Below are positions 61,672 through 64,000 of a stretch of DNA of 64,000 bases, one piece after another. The notes beneath the pieces were generated by a model, which was given only the letters and a program-made list of their open reading frames with translations, made no database searches and was not told the origin of the DNA. Each line of letters begins with the position of its first letter. Position 1 is the stretch's first letter. Origin of the DNA: an uncultured delta proteobacterium (lineage in GTDB: Bacteria; Desulfobacterota; Desulfobacteria; Desulfobacterales; QNYZ01); contig CAWJQU010000005.1 in assembly GCA_963845145.1 (NCBI GenBank), positions 192,001 to 256,000 on the forward strand, written 5' to 3'. Position numbers and translations under genes: made by a program.

Positions 61672-62739
61672 ATGCCATTACCGTTTGGAAAGATTCCTTC
61701 CTGCATCTCCAATCAAAGACGCGCCCTCACTATTTATCGAATCGTGGTAATAATGCTGCTACCAATCACTTTAATGGTTTTTACGGCCCGCCCTATTCCG
61801 GGAAAAGTCGCACCGCCATCAAAGATGGTAAAACAGGCGGGCCCATTTTTCGTGGTCGGTCATCGGGGATCGGCCGGTTTGGCCCCTGAGAATACATTAG
61901 CGGCTTTCAAACAAGCATTGCGAATAGGCGTGGATGCGATTGAGCTGGATGTTCTTCAATCGGCGGATGGCGAGCTGGTGGTGCACCATGATTATCATCT
62001 GAACCCTGAGATCGCGCGCACATCGAATGGTGAATGGCTGAAATCCAGTCCGGGGCCACTCATCAAAGGTCTAACTCTGGCTGAACTAGAAGCCTATGAT
62101 GTGGGTCGGCTAAAGCCCTATACAAAATACGCGAATCGCTACCCGGACCAGCAACCTATGGATGGAGAACGCATTCCAACATTACGGGAAGTGATATCCC
62201 TGATAAAAAATAGCACAGCTAAAGAGACGCAGCTTTGGATAGAAATTAAAACCAATCCGGAAAAACCGGATCTTACCCCGTCACCGGCGGTCGTTGCCGA
62301 TGCAGTGGTGCAGTTGTTGCGACAACAGAATTTTACCGAACAGGCCCGTATCCTCAGTTTTGACTGGCGCGCGCTGGTGCATGTGCAGAAAATCGCGCCG
62401 GATTTGCCAACCGTTTATCTTTCCCTCGAAGGTAGGACTTTGGACAACATCAAACCCGGGCAACCAGACGCTTCACCATGGATGGCGGGCATAGATATTG
62501 ATGATTACAAAGGTTCCATTCCACGTGCGGTTAATGCCGTGGGTGGCCGATACTGGGCGCCTTACTATAAACACATTACCTATGATCTCCTTAATACAGC
62601 CCACGAACTGGGAATGCAGGTTTTTGTATGGACGCCGGATACCGACCATCACATGAAGCGCCTCATTGACATGGGTGTTGATGGAATAATAACCAACCGT
62701 CCGGATATCCTAAAAGCGGTGGTGGTTGAAGCGTTATGA
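61672..62739 (+). CDS. Exported glycerophosphodiester phosphodiesterase
   Basis: GHRG, PENT, ELDV, HHD, IEIK, DGIITNRP; hydrophobic N-terminus. Confidence 0.88.
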   Translation: MPLPFGKIPSCISNQRRALTIYRIVVIMLLPITLMVFTARPIPGKVAPPSKMVKQAGPFFVVGHRGSAGLAPENTLAAFKQALRIGVDAIELDVLQSADGELVVHHDYHLNPEIARTSNGEWLKSSPGPLIKGLTLAELEAYDVGRLKPYTKYANRYPDQQPMDGERIPTLREVISLIKNSTAKETQLWIEIKTNPEKPDLTPSPAVVADAVVQLLRQQNFTEQARILSFDWRALVHVQKIAPDLPTVYLSLEGRTLDNIKPGQPDASPWMAGIDIDDYKGSIPRAVNAVGGRYWAPYYKHITYDLLNTAHELGMQVFVWTPDTDHHMKRLIDMGVDGIITNRPDILKAVVVEAL

Positions 62740-62858
62740 AACAGGCCGATTGGGTTTGCCTTTTTGGGTCATCCCCAACCGGCCCGAATGAATGATAATT
62801 CGTTGCGGTAAAGCTATTTTTCTGGAACTCACCATCAACATCTCATGATGAAAAGAAG

Positions 62859-63947
62859 TTACCTCGCGTAGGGGGCGTAATCAGTGTACCCTTTCGCTTC
62901 CGACGTATACCAATAGGTCATGTCGTCAAAGGGTGCCAGCGGCCAGCCGTGTTGCAGGCGCTCAACCAGGTCCGGGTTACTGATGAAGGGGCGGCCAAAG
63001 GCGGCGATATCGGCATCTCCTGATGCCAGCCGTTTTTCACCCTCTTCTTTGGTGTAGCCGCAATTTCCGACGATGATCCCATCATAATGCGCCCTGAACT
63101 CAGCCAAGGTCATCGGCTCACCTTTTTCGTGGAATCCAAAGGCAAGCCCATCCATGATATGCACATAGGCGAGATTCATCTTATTCAGTTCTTTAATCGC
63201 ATAGAGATAGGTTTCACGAAAATCATCGCTGCCCATGTCGTTGAAAACGCCATTGGGAGATAGCCGGACGCCAACCTGCTGAGCGGGCCAGACTTCGAAA
63301 ACGGCCGTCAGTGCTTCACGGAGAAAACGGAATCTGTTTTCCGGACTGCCGCCATATTGATCAGTGCGAAGGTTGGTCTTTGAATCGAGGAACTGGTTGA
63401 GCAAGTACCCGTTGGCGCTGTGCACCTCAACCCCGGAGAAACCGGCGGCTTTGGCATTCACGGCTGCTTTTTTATAATCATTCACCGTCGCCTTTATATC
63501 GTCTGTCGTCATCGGCCTTGGCGCCTCATAATCCTTTTTGCCAAGTGGCGTATGGATCTGATCGCCGTTTAACTTCACGGCCGATGCGGAAACGGGCAGT
63601 TCTCCGTTGTGAAAATCACTATGAGACGCCCTGCCGCAGTGCCACAATTGTAGAAATAAATGAGATCCGGTTGGGTTGACCCGTTGGGTTACCTTTCGCC
63701 ATCCGGCAACCATCTCATCGGTAAAGATCCCCGGTGAGCCGATCCAGCCAACACCTTGCGGAGAAATGACCGTTGCCTCGGTGATTAAGAGTCCGGCCGA
63801 AGCACGTTGAAAGTAGTGTTCCGCCATCATTTCGTTCGGTATCCGTGATTCACCGGCGCGGCCTCGCGTCATGGGCGCCATGGCTATTCTGTTTTTAAGG
63901 GTTAAGTCTCCTATCGTCAATTCATCAAACAGCGAAGCGTTCATCAT
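62859..63947 (-). CDS. Old Yellow Enzyme-family alkene reductase (NemA-like)
   Basis: MAPMTR, QLWHCGR, HSANGYLL, RTDQYGG, GRPFISNPDL, GYTDY. Confidence 0.92.
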   Translation of the reverse strand: MMNASLFDELTIGDLTLKNRIAMAPMTRGRAGESRIPNEMMAEHYFQRASAGLLITEATVISPQGVGWIGSPGIFTDEMVAGWRKVTQRVNPTGSHLFLQLWHCGRASHSDFHNGELPVSASAVKLNGDQIHTPLGKKDYEAPRPMTTDDIKATVNDYKKAAVNAKAAGFSGVEVHSANGYLLNQFLDSKTNLRTDQYGGSPENRFRFLREALTAVFEVWPAQQVGVRLSPNGVFNDMGSDDFRETYLYAIKELNKMNLAYVHIMDGLAFGFHEKGEPMTLAEFRAHYDGIIVGNCGYTKEEGEKRLASGDADIAAFGRPFISNPDLVERLQHGWPLAPFDDMTYWYTSEAKGYTDYAPYAR

Positions 63948-64000
63948 TATTATTTCCTCCCAGGTTTTTATTGGTTTGGACCTTTGGCCTGATCATATGG

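Overview
64-kb window from a sulfate-reducer-like deltaproteobacterium (Desulfobacterales-type gene content; taxonomy inferred, not proven). Positions 1-38.2 kb hold mostly anaerobic and amino-acid metabolism and regulation: Fe-S proteins, MetV, an orphan EutA, a PLP decarboxylase, BrnTA, a FIST protein with a truncated kinase, a DEAD-box helicase, AzlCD, an opine dehydrogenase/ABC/Lrp locus, tandem LuxR solos with a lux-box, AOR and a radical SAM enzyme. Positions 53.1-64 kb hold core genes: tRNA-Leu(CAA), tsaC, purE, ddl, a ugpBAEC operon with two GDPDs, and an Old Yellow Enzyme. Between a decayed tRNA-Arg 3' fragment (38.34 kb) and tRNA-Leu (53.07 kb) lies a ~14.7-kb mosaic island. It is built around repeated RAYT-like (HUH/Y1) transposase units carrying ~25-bp terminal inverted repeats. 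These are interleaved with cargo: a Calx-beta surface protein, a lipoprotein, IS5/IS630 and group II intron remnants, a zeta/AAA gene pair, a phage integrase-HTH fragment, and a higBA relic split by IS1182. The most striking observation concerns the intact IS110-family recombinase in the island. Its downstream non-coding region folds like a bridge/seek RNA with a duplicated target loop. The apparent guides spell the RAYT terminal-repeat motif (AAGGTT-TG-ACACC). Several single-base frameshifts (tsaC, IS1182, surface-protein repeats) may be assembly errors.
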